From Minisyncoccota bacterium (GTDB lineage: Bacteria > Patescibacteriota > Minisyncoccia > Phycocordibacterales > UBA1006), in assembly GCA_028697455.1 (NCBI GenBank), contig JAQVEZ010000003.1:42972-106971 (forward strand): DNA of 64,000 nucleotides. Reading direction: 5' to 3'. How positions within the stretch are numbered: the first letter of the stretch is position 1; every line of letters begins with the position of its first letter. A model generated the notes under the pieces. That model was given only the letters and a program-made list of their open reading frames with translations, made no database searches and was not told where the DNA came from. Both the position numbers and the translations under genes were made by a program. Below are positions 60,571-64,000 of this stretch, one piece after another.

Positions 60571-60647
60571 TTTTTTAAAATTTAAATTTTTTTAGCACAG
60601 ACTATCTGTGCCTTTCAAAATAAAGATAGCACATGGTGCTCTATTTG

Positions 60648-61238
60648 TCAATGTTTTATCCAACTCTGTCTGTGGATTTTTGTTGTTCCGTATTTTTTGA
60701 GAGCTTGTCTGTGTTTCAATGTTCCATAGCCTTTGTTTGTATCAAAAGCATATTCTGGGTATTTTTTTGAATAGTTTGTCATTTTCTTGTCGCGAACCAC
60801 CTTTGCGATAACTGAAGCAATGCTAATTTCAAGCACGGATTCATCTCCTTTGATGATGGTTTCTTGTTGATATTCTTTTGGAGCATACAAAGACCCGTCA
60901 AGAAGGGCTCGTATTCCCTTGTGTGGAGGAAATTGCTTTAATACTCGCACAATACCCAGTTGCAGACATCTAGAAAGTCCTTTGTTATCAATGCTGTGAG
61001 GGCTTATGTGAGCAAGAGCATAAGAAAGATATCCTTTATCAGAAAGTTCCTTAATATGGGCAAAAAACTCTTCCCGTTCTTTTGGGGAGAGTTTTTTGGA
61101 ATCCGTGATCCCGAGAAGCTCTTTGTGTACTTTCTTTTTGTGCTCTTTGGGGATAAAACAAGCGCACAGCGTCAGAGGTCCCGCAAGCGGACCTCTCCCA
61201 ACTTCGTCAATGCCGATAATTCCCTCTTGAGACTTCAT
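60648..61238 (-). CDS. rnhB: Ribonuclease HII
   Basis: GIDEVGRGPLAGP, DSKKL, ASVIAKVVRD, NKGYGT. Confidence 0.96.
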   Translation of the reverse strand: MKSQEGIIGIDEVGRGPLAGPLTLCACFIPKEHKKKVHKELLGITDSKKLSPKEREEFFAHIKELSDKGYLSYALAHISPHSIDNKGLSRCLQLGIVRVLKQFPPHKGIRALLDGSLYAPKEYQQETIIKGDESVLEISIASVIAKVVRDKKMTNYSKKYPEYAFDTNKGYGTLKHRQALKKYGTTKIHRQSWIKH

Positions 61239-61321
61239 AGCTCTATCCTACCAAAAAACAAGGATTTTAGAGAAAAATATATTTAAAAAATATTTTTGTT
61301 ATACTATCCCATATACGAACT

Positions 61322-64000
61322 ATGGCAGAACGATTTGTACATCTTCATACTCACTCTCACTATTCATTACTTCAAGGATTAACCAAGATCCCCGACCTCG
61401 TCAAACGAGCACAAGAATATGGAATGGGAGCCCTTGCACTCACCGATTATGGATCAATGTATGGATCAATAGAGTTCTACAAGGAATGTCTCAAAAACAA
61501 TATCAAACCAATTCTCGGAGTTGACGCCTATATGGCCTTCCGGAGCATGGAGCAAAAAGACCACGGAATCGATAACAAACGTTACCCCTTTACCCTTCTT
61601 GCTTATAATCACGAAGGGTATCAGAATCTCCTCAAGCTTGTTTCGGAATCACATCTTCGCGGTTTTTACTATCGTCCTCGAATGGATAAGGAGCTCCTTA
61701 AAAAATACGCAAAAGGTCTTATTTGTTTGTCAGGACCTATTTTTGGAGAAGTTGGACAAGCAATCCTCACAAAAAACCACGAAAGAGCACGTGAGCTCGT
61801 ACGCGAATATCAAGAAATTTTTGGAAAAGAAAATTACTTTCTTGAGATAATGTTTAACAACCACATCGAAGGGCTTGAAGGTCTTAACAAAGATATTGCA
61901 ACGCTCTCTGAAGAAACAGGGGCTCCTCTTGTTGCAACACACAATTCACACTATCTTGACTCCGATGACCGAAGTGCCTTTGATACCCTTCTTGGAATTT
62001 CAACCACCGGGAATCGAATTGGAACCGGTTTTATGCGTGGAGATTTTCACTTCCCTAACCAAGAAGAAATGATAGAAAAGTTCAAAGATTATCCAGAAGC
62101 TATCGAAAACACCGTCAAAATTGCAGACCGTTGTCAGCTTGAAATTGATCTTGATAGTTGGTTTTTTCCTAATTTTCCAATCCCAGAAGGAAAAAGTTAT
62201 GATGAGGTATTACGAGAGAAAACCTACGAAGGAATTGCCCTTCGCGGTTTTGAAGAAAGCGAAGAAGTCCTCTCGCGAATTGAGTATGAGCTTGGCATTA
62301 TTTCCTCAAAAGGATATTCTTCGTATTTCCTCATTGTGGCTGATCTTGTTCGGGCAGGAAAAGAGATGGGTATTTATACCAATACTCGAGGATCTGCTGC
62401 GGGGAGTCTTGTATCTTATCTCAACTTTATTACCAAGGTTAATCCTCTTGAGATGAGCCTTCCTTTCGAGCGTTTTATGAATCCTGGGAGAAAAGGAATC
62501 CCTGATATTGATCTTGATATTTCGGATATCCACCGTGATCGATTAATTGATTACGCTCGTCAAAAATACGGAAATAAGGCCGTTGCTCAAATTGGAACTT
62601 TTGGAACGATGGCAGCACGAGGATCTGTTCGTGACGTAACACGTGCGCTTGATTACCCCTACGACCTTGGTGACAAAATAGCAAAACTCATTCCTTTGGG
62701 GCACCAAGGTTTCCCTATGACTATTGACCGAGCTCTTGAAGAAGAAGCTGAATTAAAAAAGCTCTATGAATCAGATCATGATGTAAAAAAAATCATCGAC
62801 ATGGCAAAAAAAATAGAAGGTTGTGCGCGTCATATTTCTGTCCATGCTGCAGGAGTAGTTATTTCTCCAACACGAGTGGATGATATTTGTCCTGTGCAAT
62901 TCGATCCGAAAGGGGGGAAAATTATCACTCAATATGATATGTATACCGGGGATCGCGATGGTGTGGTAAACATGCCAAAGTTTGACCTTCTGGGAATCAG
63001 AAACCTTACTATTTTATCCAATGCAACCGAATTGGTAAAAAATATCCACAAAGAAGAAGTTGATCTCAACACGATTCCTTTGGATGATAAAAAAACCTAT
63101 GACCTTCTCTCTGAAGGAAATACCATGGGCGTTTTTCAGATGGCAAGTTCCGGTATGACTCGATATATTACCGAGCTTAAACCTACAAATATTTTTGAAA
63201 TCTCTGCGATGATTGCTCTCTATCGTCCGGGGCCAATGGAATTTATTCCTGACTATATTAAAAGAAAAGAAAACCCAAGCCAAGTTAAATACCTTGACCC
63301 TCGCATGGAAAAGATTCTTTCTTCAACTTATGGGATTTTGGTATACCAAGAGGATGTTATGCAGATCGCTGTAGATATTGCTGGCTTTAGTTGGGGAGAT
63401 GCTGATGTTTTGAGAAAGGCTATCGGAAAAAAAATCCCTAAACTAATGGCAGAACAAAAGGAGAAATTAGTAAATGGATGTATTGCAAACGGAATGAAAG
63501 AGAAGGCAGCTCACGATCTTTGGGATCAGATTGAAACCTTTGCCGCTTATGGGTTCAACAAATCTCACGCAGCAAGTTATGGGCGTATCTCCTATGAAAC
63601 GGCATACATGAAGGCAAACTACCCTGTTGAATACATGGCTGCCATGCTTACTGCAGAATCAGGAGACACTGAACGTATTGCCCAGATTATTCACGAGTGT
63701 GGGCGACTTGAAATCAATGTGCTCCCTCCTGATATCAATGAATGTTTTGGAGATTTTACCGTTGTTGATTATGAAGGAGACGAGGCTATCCGTTTTGGTT
63801 TTTACACTATCAAAAACCTCGGTGCGGGAATCTCAGATTTTATTATCAAAGAAAGGAAACGAGCTGGGAGATTCACTTCTCTTGAGGATTTTCTCAAGCG
63901 AGTACAACACAGCAACCTCAATAAAAAAAGTCTTGAGGCGCTTATCGTAGCAGGAGCTTTCGATTTTTTTGGAAACCGAATGGATCTTTTGTATAACATT
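61322..64000 (+). CDS. dnaE: DNA polymerase III alpha subunit (runs off window)
   Basis: Not in ORF track; MAERFVHLHTHSHYSLL..., RGSAAGS, PDIDLD, YGFNKSH. Confidence 0.95.
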   Translation, partial: MAERFVHLHTHSHYSLLQGLTKIPDLVKRAQEYGMGALALTDYGSMYGSIEFYKECLKNNIKPILGVDAYMAFRSMEQKDHGIDNKRYPFTLLAYNHEGYQNLLKLVSESHLRGFYYRPRMDKELLKKYAKGLICLSGPIFGEVGQAILTKNHERARELVREYQEIFGKENYFLEIMFNNHIEGLEGLNKDIATLSEETGAPLVATHNSHYLDSDDRSAFDTLLGISTTGNRIGTGFMRGDFHFPNQEEMIEKFKDYPEAIENTVKIADRCQLEIDLDSWFFPNFPIPEGKSYDEVLREKTYEGIALRGFEESEEVLSRIEYELGIISSKGYSSYFLIVADLVRAGKEMGIYTNTRGSAAGSLVSYLNFITKVNPLEMSLPFERFMNPGRKGIPDIDLDISDIHRDRLIDYARQKYGNKAVAQIGTFGTMAARGSVRDVTRALDYPYDLGDKIAKLIPLGHQGFPMTIDRALEEEAELKKLYESDHDVKKIIDMAKKIEGCARHISVHAAGVVISPTRVDDICPVQFDPKGGKIITQYDMYTGDRDGVVNMPKFDLLGIRNLTILSNATELVKNIHKEEVDLNTIPLDDKKTYDLLSEGNTMGVFQMASSGMTRYITELKPTNIFEISAMIALYRPGPMEFIPDYIKRKENPSQVKYLDPRMEKILSSTYGILVYQEDVMQIAVDIAGFSWGDADVLRKAIGKKIPKLMAEQKEKLVNGCIANGMKEKAAHDLWDQIETFAAYGFNKSHAASYGRISYETAYMKANYPVEYMAAMLTAESGDTERIAQIIHECGRLEINVLPPDINECFGDFTVVDYEGDEAIRFGFYTIKNLGAGISDFIIKERKRAGRFTSLEDFLKRVQHSNLNKKSLEALIVAGAFDFFGNRMDLLYNI

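Noticed and set aside
61521-63999. Many short ORFs listed in the track
   Set aside because: All are shadows of dnaE, which lacks a stop in the window

Overview
AT-rich bacterial chromosome segment whose gene content and style point to Patescibacteria/CPR (Parcubacteria-like): short AlaRS, VirD4-like ATPase, FtsA-like/baseplate-like pair, PaaX-like regulator, and many -10 boxes directly before ATG. The backbone is housekeeping, mostly on the minus strand (smc, ndk, cysS, grpE-dnaK-dnaJ, infA-rpmJ-rpsMKD-rpoA-rplQ-rplM-rpsI, alaS, mnmA, mltG, uvrAB, infC-rpmI-rplT, gyrB, ung, metK, rnc, nusB, rpmF, rnhB, dnaE). Four things stand out. (1) A dispersed family of secreted proteins (three Asp-box beta-propellers and one Gly-rich protein) shares a ~50-aa C-terminal RFC-x6-FCR plus amphipathic-helix module; two members have near-identical promoters with a poly-G tract between -35 and -10 (G9/17-bp versus G10/19-bp spacer), suggesting phase-variable surface proteins. 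(2) A ~7.1-kb element sits in the 3' end of tRNA-Asn; its serine integrase gene is split by the att site, and it carries a Rep-like gene and a type II R-M pair. (3) A SAM-I riboswitch precedes an unknown ORF plus a short metK, with an apparently unusual expression platform. (4) A candidate compact 6S-like RNA lies between an MBL hydrolase and one of the beta-propeller genes. All calls are by eye; no searches were run.
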